From assembly GCA_934643865.1 (NCBI GenBank), contig CAKUCX010000007.1, positions 7,766-71,765 of the forward strand: a stretch of DNA of 64,000 bases. Reading direction: 5' to 3'. This stretch comes from an uncultured Kiritimatiellota bacterium. Its GTDB lineage: Bacteria > Verrucomicrobiota > Kiritimatiellia > RFP12 > UBA1067. Positions 54,062 to 64,000 of the stretch are shown here, piece after piece. Position 1 is the first letter of the stretch. Each line of letters opens with the position of its first letter. The notes beneath the pieces were generated by a model. That model ran no database searches and was not told the origin of the DNA. It saw only the letters and a list, made by a program, of their open reading frames with translations. Both the position numbers and the translations under genes were made by a program.

Positions 54062-57019
54062 CTACTCGCGGCCCGGCACGACGGACTCGACGGCGTCGAG
54101 CCGGTTCGTGCAGGCGTCGAGCTGCTGCGGACCGGCGAGGACGCAGACGGCGGCGTCCCGCGCGAGCGCGTCGAGCCGCTTCGCGAAGGCCGCGAGGTCC
54201 TGCTTCGTCGTCGCGAGCATTTCCGCCCGCAGGCGCTGCAGGTCGGCGGGCGTGCGGCCCGACAGGTAGAGGTCCATCGCCCGGGAGGCTTCGACGCGCG
54301 GCGTGAGGTACGGCTCCGTCGCCGCGACGGCGCTCACGACGTAGCGGTCGAGCGCGTCGTCCCCCGCCGCGAACGCGCGCAGCGCGTCGCCGCTTTTCGC
54401 GTAGACGTCGAGCGAGCGGGCGGGCGTCGGGTCGTTCCACGAGAGCCAGCCCGCGTCGCCGTCGGGCCGCACGCGCACGTTGCCGCCGTAGGCCCCGCCC
54501 TTCACGCGGATCTCGTTCCACAGGTAGCCCAGCGAGAGGATGCGGCAGGCGACGACGGCGGAGCCGCCGTAGACGCCCGGCACGGGATGCGCCACGCGCG
54601 CCGCGAAGCCGATGGACGCCGGGATGCGGAAGCCCTCGCGGCGTTTCGGAAAGGGCGCATGGGCGACGGGCGCGCCAACCGGGCCGCGCGGGAAGGCGGC
54701 GGCCAGCTCGCCCGCGAAGGACGCGGGCATGTTGTCCGTCAGGCACACGACGAGGCGGTCGCGCACGAAGACCTTCCGCGCAAGCGCCGCGAGGCGTGCG
54801 CCGAGGGCCGCCGCACCGCCGGCGTCCAGCTTCTGCAGGTGGCGGATCTGCGCGAAGCCCTCCAGCGTCTCCTCCAGGGCGGCGCGCACGGAAAGCTGCG
54901 CGGCGGCGCGGCGGAACGGGTGGTTGCGTCCGCCGAGGCCCATCGTCGCGCGCTCGGCGGCGATGCGCGTCTGCTTCACGAGGTCGCCGATAGCCCGGGC
55001 GTCCGCGAAGGACGTTTCGAGCAGGACCTCCGGGACGAGGCGCCGCACGTCCGCCTGGCGCGACAGGAGCGCGGAGACGCCCACCGAGAAGTAGGGATGC
55101 GCGTCCTGCGGCTCGCCCGGCTTCCCGTACACGGCAGCGGACATCCCGAAGTTCCCGAGCTTGCCGTCGAGTTCGTTGCGCAGGGCGTCGATCGCGTGGC
55201 GCGCCGTCGGCAGGTCGCCCAGGACGCGCGCGAGCATCGGCAGGTCGGCGAGTTCGTCCACCGTCAGGTCGGCCACCGAGAAGGCGAGGCCCAGGTGGAG
55301 GACGCCGTTCGCCTGGGTGCGGGGACGGATCACCGTCACCTCCCCGGCTTGGGCCGTCTCGTACACCGGCACCGGACCCTCGACGGGGACGTCCTTGACG
55401 GCGAGGACGGGCAGCTTCGCGGCGTCCTCCGGGCGGTCGGGCGCCGCCTGCCGCTTCTCTCGCGCGCGGCAGGCGGCCACCACGGCCTCGGCCTCCGCCT
55501 TCGTCCACCCCGCCTTGACCTTCGCGAGCGCGGCCTTCTCCGCCGCGCGCCGCGCCGCGCCGAGGGTGGCCGACGGCAGCATCGTCAGCTCCGCGTGGTG
55601 GGGGTTCTCAACGATGGCCTCCTTCAGCACCCGCTCGAACCACCCCTCGGCGAGGCGGCGGCGCAGGGACGCGAAGCGCGCGGCGTTGCGAAAGGCGTCC
55701 GCCGGGTCGCCCCCGTAGAGCCACTGGTCGTAGGCGTCGTTGAAGAAGGCGAGCCCGCGCGGGAAGCCGCCGTAGTCCTTCTCGCGGTCGTGGAACTCGG
55801 CCCGGTCCAGAAGCGCCTCCAGTCGCGCGCGGTCAAGCCCCTTCGCGACGAGGGCGGCCAGCGTCTCGCGCACCGTGCGGCGCACGGCCGCGACGTTCTC
55901 GCGCTTCACGTTCTTCACGACGAGCGAAGCCTCCAGCTGGGCGGCGGAGCCAACGCCGAAGCGGACATCCTCGCAGAGTCCACGGTCGAGCAGGGCCTTC
56001 TTGAGCGGCGCGTCGTTGTCGCCCGCGAGCGCGTCGGTGATCACGTCGAGCGCCATCAGCTTCTCGCGTTCGTCGAAGCGCCCGAAGACCCAGGCGTCGC
56101 CGAGGATGACCTTCCCGTCCGGCGTCTCGTCCGCGCCGATCTCGTACTCGACCGTCTTCGCGGCGGCGACGGGCGGCTGGTAGGCGACGGCGGCGTCGAC
56201 CTCGGCGCGCGGGTAGGGGGCGAGGAAGCCGTCGAGCTTCGCGAGGACGGCGGCGAGGTCCACCCTGCCGTCCAGGAAGATGCGCGCGTTGGACGGGTGG
56301 TAGAACGTGCGGTAGAACGCCGTGTACGCCTCGAAGGTGAGCTGGGGGATGGCGGCGGGGTCGCCGCCCGAGACGAAGCCGTAGCACGTCTGCGGATAGA
56401 GGAGGCGGCGCAGTTCGTGGTAGAGGCGGCGCTCCGGGTTCGCGAAGGCGCCCTTCATCTCGCTGTAGACGACGCCGTTGCGGCGCAGCTCGCCGTCCGC
56501 CGTGTCCAGCTCGTAGTGCCAGCCCTCCTGCTCGAACGCGAAGGGGTCCTTCACGCTCAGCGGGTGGAGGACGGCGTCCATGTACACGTCGACGAGGTTG
56601 AGGAAATCGGCGCCGTTGCGCGAGCAGACGGGGTACATCGTCGAGTCCGCGCTCGTCCAGGCGTTCAGGAACGTCGCGAAGGAGCTCTTCAGCAGATCGA
56701 CGAACGGCTCCTTCACGGGGTACTTCTCCGAGCCGCAGAGGACGGAATGTTCGATGATGTGGGCGACGCCCGTGTCGTCCTGCGGGAAGGTGCGGAACCC
56801 GATCGCGAAGGTCATGTTGTCGTCGTCGCGGTCGAGCCACGCAAGGTCCGCGCCGTTCTTCTCGTACGCCATCCGCACGAGCCGCCCCTTCACCTCGGGC
56901 AATTCCGTCACGCTCCGCACGGTGAACCCGCTCACGACGTCGCCGGGCCGCAGCGCGGCGGCCGCAGGCGGCAGCATGCATCCCGCAAGTGCGGCCATTG
57001 CCATAACCTTTCCGTTCAT
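54062..57019 (-). CDS. M16-family zinc metallopeptidase (PreP/insulinase-like, M16C type), 985 aa
   Basis: Signal-like N-terminus. HIIEHSVLCGSEKYPVKEPF contains the inverted zinc motif HxxEH. The length and four-domain architecture are typical of PreP-like enzymes. Confidence 0.88.
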   Translation of the reverse strand: MNGKVMAMAALAGCMLPPAAAALRPGDVVSGFTVRSVTELPEVKGRLVRMAYEKNGADLAWLDRDDDNMTFAIGFRTFPQDDTGVAHIIEHSVLCGSEKYPVKEPFVDLLKSSFATFLNAWTSADSTMYPVCSRNGADFLNLVDVYMDAVLHPLSVKDPFAFEQEGWHYELDTADGELRRNGVVYSEMKGAFANPERRLYHELRRLLYPQTCYGFVSGGDPAAIPQLTFEAYTAFYRTFYHPSNARIFLDGRVDLAAVLAKLDGFLAPYPRAEVDAAVAYQPPVAAAKTVEYEIGADETPDGKVILGDAWVFGRFDEREKLMALDVITDALAGDNDAPLKKALLDRGLCEDVRFGVGSAAQLEASLVVKNVKRENVAAVRRTVRETLAALVAKGLDRARLEALLDRAEFHDREKDYGGFPRGLAFFNDAYDQWLYGGDPADAFRNAARFASLRRRLAEGWFERVLKEAIVENPHHAELTMLPSATLGAARRAAEKAALAKVKAGWTKAEAEAVVAACRAREKRQAAPDRPEDAAKLPVLAVKDVPVEGPVPVYETAQAGEVTVIRPRTQANGVLHLGLAFSVADLTVDELADLPMLARVLGDLPTARHAIDALRNELDGKLGNFGMSAAVYGKPGEPQDAHPYFSVGVSALLSRQADVRRLVPEVLLETSFADARAIGDLVKQTRIAAERATMGLGGRNHPFRRAAAQLSVRAALEETLEGFAQIRHLQKLDAGGAAALGARLAALARKVFVRDRLVVCLTDNMPASFAGELAAAFPRGPVGAPVAHAPFPKRREGFRIPASIGFAARVAHPVPGVYGGSAVVACRILSLGYLWNEIRVKGGAYGGNVRVRPDGDAGWLSWNDPTPARSLDVYAKSGDALRAFAAGDDALDRYVVSAVAATEPYLTPRVEASRAMDLYLSGRTPADLQRLRAEMLATTKQDLAAFAKRLDALARDAAVCVLAGPQQLDACTNRLDAVESVVPGRE

Positions 57020-57057
57020 GTCATGTCTCCGTGAAGCCCCGTCTTTCGAGAGAAAGG

Positions 57058-57068
57058 ATTATACCACA
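57058..57068 (-). promoter_or_regulatory. Extended -10 element TGTGGTATAAT upstream of the M16 peptidase gene
   Basis: The minus strand reads tggaTGTGGTATAATcctttctctcgaaag..., about 40 nt upstream of the ATG at 57019. Confidence 0.45.
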
Positions 57069-57085
57069 TCCACATGGGCGTGGCG

Positions 57086-59344
57086 TCAGCGCGAAGAGGC
57101 GGGAGGGCCGTCTGCGACGACCGAGATCTCCGCCGACGCCGAGACGCCCTCCGCCGTCGCGCAGGAAAGGCGGTGCGCGCCCGGCTCCGGCTCCCACGCG
57201 AACGGCTGCGCGCCGCGCGTCGTGCCGACGTTCCGCCCGTCCACAAACCACCAGAGCCTCCCCCCCTCGACGTTGCCGACGACGCGGCAGACGACCTTCT
57301 GGTTGGGCAGTCCCTCCACAAGGCGGAAGACGGCCCCGTCCTCGGGCTTCTGGATCGCCAGGCACCGCGCCGCCGCCGCCTCGCCGCGAAAGGCCGCGAC
57401 AAAGGCGTCGTCCCGCCGCCCGGCCCCGCCGTCGAGCCCCCGCACGTGAAGCGGGCAGAGCGCCGTCGAGGAGCGTCCGCGCAGCGCACGCCCCGCCTGC
57501 GTCTCCGGGCAGTCCGGCCCGGCGGGCAGCCCGCTCTCGGCGCAGACCGTCCGCGTCGCGATCTCGGCGGGGAGCGCGCCGTACCACGGGCCGTCGTCCG
57601 CCGGATAGAGCGACCGCGCCAGCTCCCACGCGAACGGCGCGGCGGCCTGCGCCCCGACGACCGAGACGTCGCCGAAGCCCCCCTCCTTGTGCCCGCACCA
57701 CACGCCGACGACGTACTCCGGGTTCCAGAGAACCGTCCAGGCGTCGCGGTAGGCGGCGGACGTCCCCGTCTTCCACGCGAAGCGGGAGGTCTGCACATCC
57801 GCGACGTGCCCGAGCGCCGCCGCGCTCCGTTCCTCGCCGGAGAGGATTTCCGAGACAAGGCGGCACGCCCCCTCGGAGAAGATCCGCGCGCCCGGCCGCC
57901 CCGCCTGCTCCGCGACCTCGCGCCGGAGCGCGCACGGCGGCAGGTAGACGCCCCCGCGCGCAAGGCAGGCGTAGGCCCCCACAAGCTCCACGAGCGAGAC
58001 GTGGACGTTCCCGATCGCCATGCCGAGGCCGAAGCTCGCGTCCGCCGCCGCCATGTTCTGGCAGCCGAGCGCGCGCAGGGTCGTGCCGAAGCGGCCCACG
58101 CCGACCCGTTCGAGCAGCTGCACGAACGGGAGGTTGAGCGAGAGGACGAGCGCGTCGGCCGCCGTCACTGTGCCGCGGTGCGTCGCGTCGAAGTTCTGTG
58201 GATTGTAGCCGCGGTAGGCGCGCGGCACGTCCGAAAGCCGCTCCTCGGGCGTCACGAGGCCGAGGTCCAGCGCGCGCGCCGTCAGGAAGGGCTTGAGCGT
58301 CGACCCCGCCGGCCGCGGCGCGCAGGCGACGTTGACCTGCCCCGCGTCCGGCGAGAAGTAGTCGCCCGAGCACGCGAGCGCGAGGACCGCCCCCGTCTCC
58401 ACGCGCAGGACGACGGCCGCCGCCGCGCGCCCGCCGGCGGCGGCGGCCGCCGCCGTATGCATCGCCCGCGCCTGGACGTCCGCGTCCAGGGTCGTGGCGA
58501 CGTCGCCGGCCGCGCCCCCCGCGCGCGCCACGTGGCGCATCGCCCAGTCGCAGAAGAACGGCTCCGCGAACGGGCGCGGGCCGCGCCGGATGCGGGGGCG
58601 CACCGTCCGCGCCCCCTCGTACTGCCGCGCGTCGATCATCCCGCACGCCCGCATCCGCCCCAGCACGTACTCGCGCCGCTTCAGCGCCCGGTCGAGATGG
58701 CGGTCCGGCCGGAAGCGCGAGGGTGCCTGCACCATCCCCGCGAGGAGCGCCGCCTCCCCGATCCCCAGGTCGCGCGCGCGCTTGCCGAACCACCCGTTCG
58801 CGGCGGCCTCGACGCCGACGAGATTCGAGCCGAACGGCGCGCGGTTGAGATACTGCGAGACGATCCAGAGCTTGTCGTGGCGCCGCTCGATCTTCAGGGC
58901 GCGGAACGCCTCGACGTACTTCCAGGCGAGCGTGCGCGGATGCGGCGCCATGAGGCGCGCGGCCTGCATCGTGATCGTCGAGGCGCCGGAGATGCGCCGC
59001 AGGTGCGTGATGTTCTGCACGCACGCGCGCAGGACGCTCGGCACGTTCACGCCCCCGTGCCGGAAGAAGCGGCGGTCCTCGCTCGCGACGAGCGCCTTCA
59101 CGATCCAGTCGTCCGCCGAGGCGGCGTAGTCGGGGCGGCAGTCGACGTCGCCCGGCCCCAGCGACACGCGCAGCACGCGCCCCGCGGCGTCGCGCAGGAC
59201 CGTGCCGCCGGGGTAGACCTCCGCCGCGTCGAGGCGCGGGTCGATCGCGAGCCACGAGACGGCGAAGACGAGCGCCCCCGCCGCAAGGAGACTGCCCCCC
59301 GCAACGGCGGCGCGCCGCAGTACACGCTGGCCGCCCCGCGTCAC
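57086..59344 (-). CDS. pbpC: Penicillin-binding protein 1C (bifunctional glycosyltransferase/transpeptidase family)
   Basis: C-terminal 752 codons of ORF 57086..61837. GT51 motifs: LVASEDRRFFRHGGVN and GASTITMQ. Transpeptidase motifs: STLKP and KTGTS. There is a PBP1C-specific C-terminal domain. The GTG at 59344 overlaps the A2M TGA (GTGA). Confidence 0.88.
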   Translation of the reverse strand: MTRGGQRVLRRAAVAGGSLLAAGALVFAVSWLAIDPRLDAAEVYPGGTVLRDAAGRVLRVSLGPGDVDCRPDYAASADDWIVKALVASEDRRFFRHGGVNVPSVLRACVQNITHLRRISGASTITMQAARLMAPHPRTLAWKYVEAFRALKIERRHDKLWIVSQYLNRAPFGSNLVGVEAAANGWFGKRARDLGIGEAALLAGMVQAPSRFRPDRHLDRALKRREYVLGRMRACGMIDARQYEGARTVRPRIRRGPRPFAEPFFCDWAMRHVARAGGAAGDVATTLDADVQARAMHTAAAAAAGGRAAAAVVLRVETGAVLALACSGDYFSPDAGQVNVACAPRPAGSTLKPFLTARALDLGLVTPEERLSDVPRAYRGYNPQNFDATHRGTVTAADALVLSLNLPFVQLLERVGVGRFGTTLRALGCQNMAAADASFGLGMAIGNVHVSLVELVGAYACLARGGVYLPPCALRREVAEQAGRPGARIFSEGACRLVSEILSGEERSAAALGHVADVQTSRFAWKTGTSAAYRDAWTVLWNPEYVVGVWCGHKEGGFGDVSVVGAQAAAPFAWELARSLYPADDGPWYGALPAEIATRTVCAESGLPAGPDCPETQAGRALRGRSSTALCPLHVRGLDGGAGRRDDAFVAAFRGEAAAARCLAIQKPEDGAVFRLVEGLPNQKVVCRVVGNVEGGRLWWFVDGRNVGTTRGAQPFAWEPEPGAHRLSCATAEGVSASAEISVVADGPPASSR

Positions 59345-62300
59345 GGGGCGACCGTGATCCGGCCCGCCGCGCCGCGCGCCCGCAGGGCGGGGGCGTACAT
59401 CGCCTCGACGGACGGGCCGGGCAGGACGAACGTGCCCGCGCTCACGACGCGCACGGCGTAGCGGAAGACGACCGAGGCGCCCGCGTCGAGCGCGAAGCGG
59501 CGCGAGAAGCCCAGCACGCGGTCGTCGCGCAGCTCGCGCCGCAGCTCCCAGGCGGGGCCGGCCTTCGCCCACGGGTAGGCGTCCGCCGTGACGGGCGTCG
59601 CGTCGGGCTCGAAGCAGGCCGGCAGCAGCTCCTCGATCACGAGGTCCGCGTAGGTCGTCCTCTCCGGCGCCGTGAGCGTGAGTTCGGCGATGAGCAGCTC
59701 GCCGCGCACGAGCTTCGCGAGGTCGGCCTCCGCGCCGTCGGACCGCAGATAGCGCCGCGCGACGGCAAGGCCGTTCGCCTCGGCGCCCATCCGCGCCGGA
59801 TCGCCCAGCGCAAGCGTCGAAGCGTAGATGAACGCGGGGGCCGCGCCCCGGTTCGACACGACGGCCTCGCCGCAGCCCGTGAGGCGCTTCGCCCGCCTGA
59901 TGGGCAGCGCGTCGTCGTGCCCGTCGACGGAAATGGTCAGCTCCGGCGCGCCGGCGGCGGGCGGCGCATGCCGGTAGAAGGCCCCCAGGGCGAGCAGGGC
60001 GTGCGCGTTCGCCTCCGTCGTCCCCCAGTGGCGCGTCTCGGCGTCGCGCGCGTCGAGGAGCGCGGTGACGAACGCGGGGATGCGCGCGTCGTCGGGGTCG
60101 AGGTCGAGGAGCGCGAGCAGGGCGAAGGCCGTTCCCTTCACCGCGTCGGGCTGGACGTGCGCGAGCAGATCCCGCGCGCGGTCCCGGTCGCCCGTCCGCA
60201 CGAAGGCGCGCGCGAGGCGCGCGCGGTCGAGCGGCGCGAGCTGGGCGCGGCGGTCGAACCCGTGGAGCATGCGGTCGCGGTCCGGCGCGCGCGCGAGCGC
60301 GAGCGTGTGGCACGCATACGCGCTCTCCGTCCCGTTCGTCGACATCGCCCACGCGCGGAGGAAGCCCTTCACGGCGTCCAGACGGTCCGGGGGGACGGCG
60401 AAGCCGTTCGCGGACGCCTCGACGAGGAAGTGCGCGGCCCAGAGCGACACCTCGCGGTTCCACGGCGGCGTCGTGCTGTCCGGCCACATCACGAAGTCGT
60501 ACGCCCGCACCATCGACGCGACGCGGCGGATGCCGGCCTCGACGGCCCCCTTCGCGTCGTCGGCGGCCGAGGTCTCGCGCACGGGGAGCGTGTTCAGCAG
60601 CCCCCCGGCCGTGATGAACGGGAAGACGCGCGCCACGGTCTGCTCCAGGCACCCGTAGGGGTAGGCGACGAGGTATTCGAGCGCGGAGGCAAGCTCCGCC
60701 ACGGGGCTCGCCGAGGCGAGGAACGTGCGGCGCGCCGCCTCGGGCAGCGTGGCGGCGGTGTTCGGGAAGGCCTTCCGCTCGCCGGGCCCGAGATGCACCG
60801 TCGCCGCCGTCTTCGTCCAGGGCGCCGCCGGGCGCACGGGCAGGTGGATCTCGACGCGGTGCTTCTCGCCGAGGCCCTCCGAGACGAAGACGAGCGTGCC
60901 CTCGCCGGGGGCGGCCCCCGCCGCGACCGGAACGTTCAGCGTTTCGCTCGCGTCCTTCGCGAGCTTCAGCTCGCCGTGGACGGGGCGCGCAAGCGACACG
61001 CTGCCGCCGGCCATGATGTCGTAGCGCGCCGTGCCGTCCCGGCCGCTGCGGTTGGAGAGGACGAGCGTCGCGAGGAACGTGTCCCCCGGCGCCGCGAAGC
61101 GCGGCGCGTCGCCCTGCATGACGAGGTTCGGGGCGACCTTGGCCCGGACGGCGCCCGCGCCCGTCGCGCGCCGGTTGCACGCGACGGCCGTCACGCGCAC
61201 CTCGCCCACGAACTCGGGCAGGGCGAACGGCACGGTCGCGCGCCCGTCCTTCAGGGGGACGTTCGCCTTCCAGAGGCTGAGCGGCTTGAAGCGCCGGGTC
61301 GGCACGGGGCTGATGCGCCGGAAGAGGTCCCCTTCCGCGCCGCCGCCCGTCTTCGCGCCCGCGCGCCTGAGACGGTCGTCGAGGACGGGCAGGAGGCGGT
61401 TGTAGATGTCCCAGAGCGGGTGGTCGGCCGCGCGCACGGCGCCGAACCAGCCGACGGGGTCGGGAACCTCCTCGTCCGTGAGGAGGTTGATGCCCTCGTC
61501 GACGACCGTCACGACGGCCGTTTCGCCCACGACGCCCGCGCCGCGCGCCGCGACGTCGACCGTGACGGCGGCGCCGCCCTCGGGGGCGCAGGCGACCGTC
61601 GCCGCGACCTCGACCTTCAGCGCGCTGTCCAACGTCGCCGCCCGCAGGGGCACGAGGCCGAAGGCGCGGTTCACCACGCCGCGCTGCCCGGGGCGGGCCG
61701 CCTGCACGACGCTGAGCGCCACGTCCACGCCCGGCGCCCAGCCGGCCTGGACGGGTTCCAGCGCGATCTCGCTTGTCGCGTTCGTGAGCGTGAAGACCTG
61801 CGAATAGACCATGTCCTCGCGCAACACGTTCAGCCACGCCGTGCCGGCGAAGGGCGCCTTGACGGTGAGGCGGGGGCGCTCCCCGGGGCGGTAGAGCTTC
61901 TTGTCGAGCGCGAGCGTGACGCGCGCGGGGTTCTCCAGCGAGGTCCGCACGGCCGCGTCGGCGGCGCCGCCCACCCAGTAGCTCGCGCCGAAGGAGACGC
62001 CCGCCGCCTCGTCGCGCACCGTGACGGCGAAGTCGCCGCCCACGGCGGCGGGCACCGCGAGCGTGGCGAGGCCCTTCTCGGAGACCTCAAGGACGGCCTC
62101 CTCGCCGAACGGGACGCGGATCTTGTCCGTCCGCCATTCCCAGCAGCCCGAGGCGGCCTTCTTCAGCCCGTACACGCAGTCCACGCGCTCGAACTGCACC
62201 ACGAGGCGGCGCGCGCCGACGTGCGGCGTGCCGTCGGGGTTGACGAGCGCGACGCGGCAGCGACGCGGCGCGGGCGACGTGCCGACGACGTCCGGCAGCG

Positions 62301-64000
62301 CCACGCCGATGTAGTAGGGGTAGGCGTGGAGGATTGTCGAGGCGCGCGCGGAGGCGGGGCGCCCCCCGCTCTCGAAGACGCTCCCCTGCACGGTCATCTT
62401 GACGGCGGCGCGCGGCCGCGCCCGCCGCGGGAAGTCCACCGCGAAGCACGCCTGGCCCGCCTCGTCCGTAAACACCCGGTCGAGCGTCGTGAAGTTCGGC
62501 TTCAGCCGCCGGTTCTCGTCGCCGAAGCGGAACGCCTCCCAGCCGCGCGGCGCGAACGGGGCGTCCTCGAAGAGGACCGCGCCCTCGGCGGGCAGCCCCT
62601 TCGCGGGGCCGCCGAAGAGGTGTTCGCCCGCCACGCGGAACAGCAGGTTCGTCGTCGCCCGCGTCTCCGGCGGCGGCGTCACCGCCACGCGGATCTGCGG
62701 CGGCACGAACTCCTCGATCCGGACCGTGCGCGCGCCGAGGAGGACGCCCGCCTCGCCGGGCGTCGAGACGCGGACCTCCCAGCGCCCGCTCGGCTGGTCG
62801 GCCGGCACGGCGAAGTCGGCGCGCGTGACGACGCCGAAGCGGTCCGTGACCTGCGTGCGGCGCTGCAGGCACTTCCCGTCCGGGTCGAAGAGGGCGAGGT
62901 CGACGGGGAACGGCTTCGGCGCGTTGCCCTTCCCGTCGCGGAGGATCGCGTGGACGAGAATCGGCTCGTCGTGGCGGTAGATGCCGCGCTCCGTCCAGAC
63001 GTACGCCTCGCTGCCGTCCGCCTTCACGAACGCGCGGCGCGCGCCGAGCGCGGCGGCTTCGTCGAGTTCGCCCCGCAGCGCGAGGAAGGAAGCGTCCGAA
63101 TCGTCCATCTGTGCGGCGACGACGGCGAAGGGCTTCGTCTCGCCCTTGGGCGTCTCGCAGCAGCACCAGCCCTCGGCGTCCGTCAGCCCCTCGGCCAGCA
63201 CGACGTTGTTCGCACCGTAGATGAGGACGCGCAGGCCCGCGACGGGCACGCCGCGCGTCAGCGACGTCGCCCACACGTACACGGCGCCGTTCGCCTCCCG
63301 CACGGAAAGCCCGATGTCGGTCACGCAGACGAGCTTCCAGATCCCCTTCCATTCGCGTTCGTCCGCCGCGTCGCGGATGCTCAGCAGGTAGACGCCGTTC
63401 GCGGCGGCGCCCTCGCCGTCGCGCACGTCGAGCGCGGTCGTCTGCTCCTCATTCAGGCGCGCGGCGAGGCGGATCGTCCGCGACACGGGGTCGCCCGCCA
63501 GCTCCGCCGCGTCCCTTGAGTCGCCGCCGCGCCCGTAGAACCGGTCGTAGCAGTCCTCCTCGCGGGCGAGGAGCTGGACGATGTTGCGCGTCGGCACGGC
63601 GCGGACCTCGCAGGCGAGGTTCGTCACGTTCATCGTCTTGACGGCCACGGCGCGGCGGCCGCCCGCCGGCAGGTAGCGCCCGGCGGACGCAAACGCAAGG
63701 GTCGGCGACCGGTCGCCCGTCGTCCACGTGCGGCGGAACTCGTTCGCCGTCGTGCGCCCGTCCGTCATCGGCAGCCCCGCCCGCACGACGATCTGGTACG
63801 TCGTGCGCGGCTTGAAATCCCCCTGCAGCACGCAGGTGCTGCACCAGGAGATCCAGTCCTGCGCGAGCGGCCCCGGATGCGGCGTGACCTTCACGTAGTC
63901 CATCAGCGCGGCGGGGTCGGGGCGGGAGGAGAAGCGCAGCTCGATCCGCCCCTCGGACGCCTCGAAGCCCATGACGACGGGCGCGGGCCGCTCCTGCGCG
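59341..64000 (-). CDS. Bacterial alpha-2-macroglobulin family protein (thioester type). The 5' end is probably outside the window
   Basis: ORF 59341..63972 (1543 aa). The frame remains open to position 64000. It contains the thioester motif YPYGCLEQT and a MG-domain repeat architecture. It lies adjacent to pbpC. Confidence 0.88.
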   Translation of the reverse strand, partial: AQERPAPVVMGFEASEGRIELRFSSRPDPAALMDYVKVTPHPGPLAQDWISWCSTCVLQGDFKPRTTYQIVVRAGLPMTDGRTTANEFRRTWTTGDRSPTLAFASAGRYLPAGGRRAVAVKTMNVTNLACEVRAVPTRNIVQLLAREEDCYDRFYGRGGDSRDAAELAGDPVSRTIRLAARLNEEQTTALDVRDGEGAAANGVYLLSIRDAADEREWKGIWKLVCVTDIGLSVREANGAVYVWATSLTRGVPVAGLRVLIYGANNVVLAEGLTDAEGWCCCETPKGETKPFAVVAAQMDDSDASFLALRGELDEAAALGARRAFVKADGSEAYVWTERGIYRHDEPILVHAILRDGKGNAPKPFPVDLALFDPDGKCLQRRTQVTDRFGVVTRADFAVPADQPSGRWEVRVSTPGEAGVLLGARTVRIEEFVPPQIRVAVTPPPETRATTNLLFRVAGEHLFGGPAKGLPAEGAVLFEDAPFAPRGWEAFRFGDENRRLKPNFTTLDRVFTDEAGQACFAVDFPRRARPRAAVKMTVQGSVFESGGRPASARASTILHAYPYYIGVALPDVVGTSPAPRRCRVALVNPDGTPHVGARRLVVQFERVDCVYGLKKAASGCWEWRTDKIRVPFGEEAVLEVSEKGLATLAVPAAVGGDFAVTVRDEAAGVSFGASYWVGGAADAAVRTSLENPARVTLALDKKLYRPGERPRLTVKAPFAGTAWLNVLREDMVYSQVFTLTNATSEIALEPVQAGWAPGVDVALSVVQAARPGQRGVVNRAFGLVPLRAATLDSALKVEVAATVACAPEGGAAVTVDVAARGAGVVGETAVVTVVDEGINLLTDEEVPDPVGWFGAVRAADHPLWDIYNRLLPVLDDRLRRAGAKTGGGAEGDLFRRISPVPTRRFKPLSLWKANVPLKDGRATVPFALPEFVGEVRVTAVACNRRATGAGAVRAKVAPNLVMQGDAPRFAAPGDTFLATLVLSNRSGRDGTARYDIMAGGSVSLARPVHGELKLAKDASETLNVPVAAGAAPGEGTLVFVSEGLGEKHRVEIHLPVRPAAPWTKTAATVHLGPGERKAFPNTAATLPEAARRTFLASASPVAELASALEYLVAYPYGCLEQTVARVFPFITAGGLLNTLPVRETSAADDAKGAVEAGIRRVASMVRAYDFVMWPDSTTPPWNREVSLWAAHFLVEASANGFAVPPDRLDAVKGFLRAWAMSTNGTESAYACHTLALARAPDRDRMLHGFDRRAQLAPLDRARLARAFVRTGDRDRARDLLAHVQPDAVKGTAFALLALLDLDPDDARIPAFVTALLDARDAETRHWGTTEANAHALLALGAFYRHAPPAAGAPELTISVDGHDDALPIRRAKRLTGCGEAVVSNRGAAPAFIYASTLALGDPARMGAEANGLAVARRYLRSDGAEADLAKLVRGELLIAELTLTAPERTTYADLVIEELLPACFEPDATPVTADAYPWAKAGPAWELRRELRDDRVLGFSRRFALDAGASVVFRYAVRVVSAGTFVLPGPSVEAMYAPALRARGAAGRITVAP

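Noticed and set aside
59917-63519. 1200-aa plus-strand ORF, plus similar long plus-strand ORFs at 39902..42403, 57074..59461, 54587..57034 and 50352..52085
   Set aside because: All are antisense to genes with clear family signatures (A2M, TolC/RluB, PBP1C, M16, IlvD/Edd) and have Arg/Ala/Gly/Pro/Asp/Glu/His/Val-rich, motif-free translations. They are GC artefacts.

Overview
High-GC (by eye roughly 65-70% G+C, not computed) bacterial chromosomal segment. It is transcribed almost entirely from the minus strand; only a GNAT gene, a 35-codon small ORF and a Na/Pi cotransporter lie on the plus strand.

Content:
- Core translation and housekeeping clusters: tRNA-Thr-tuf-rpmG-tRNA-Trp-secE-nusG-rplKAJL; prs-rplY-pth-rpsF-ssb-rpsR-rplI; hisS, hisHF, ilvBN, aroE, nagB, folE, speB.
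- Glycan-utilisation genes interleaved with these: GH106-like, DUF4091-like, a GH92 fusion protein, and an IlvD/Edd-DapA-SDR-MFS sugar-acid locus.
- A split MacAB/TolC-type efflux system, a large PATR/LamG surface protein, an M16 peptidase, and an alpha-2-macroglobulin/PBP1C pair that runs off the 3' end of the window.
- The gene content (PATR repeats, CAZyme load) suggests a PVC-group organism (Lentisphaerota/Kiritimatiellota/Verrucomicrobiota). This is inference only.
- I recognised no CRISPR array, IS element, integrase, prophage or known defence genes.
- The many long Arg/Ala/Pro/Gly-rich ORFs antisense or out of frame to the real genes are high-GC artefacts.

Most notable observations:
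1. A tightly coupled, apparently leaderless operon joins an ANL-family ligase to an N-terminally truncated KamA-like radical-SAM aminomutase, a small membrane protein, an MFS transporter and a DnaQ-like exonuclease.
2. A recurrent extended -10 motif TGTG[GC]TA[TG]A[AC]T sits upstream of about 13 transcription units. In four cases it lies only 6-8 nt from an ATG, so these may be leaderless mRNAs.
3. A pseudouridine synthase ORF has no stop codon and reads in frame into a TolC-like lipoprotein gene.
4. A GH92 mannosidase is fused to an unassigned domain of about 600 aa.
5. A perfect 22-bp inverted repeat lies beside a lower-GC GNAT islet.

None of these is proven to be a novel system; all functional links are inference.
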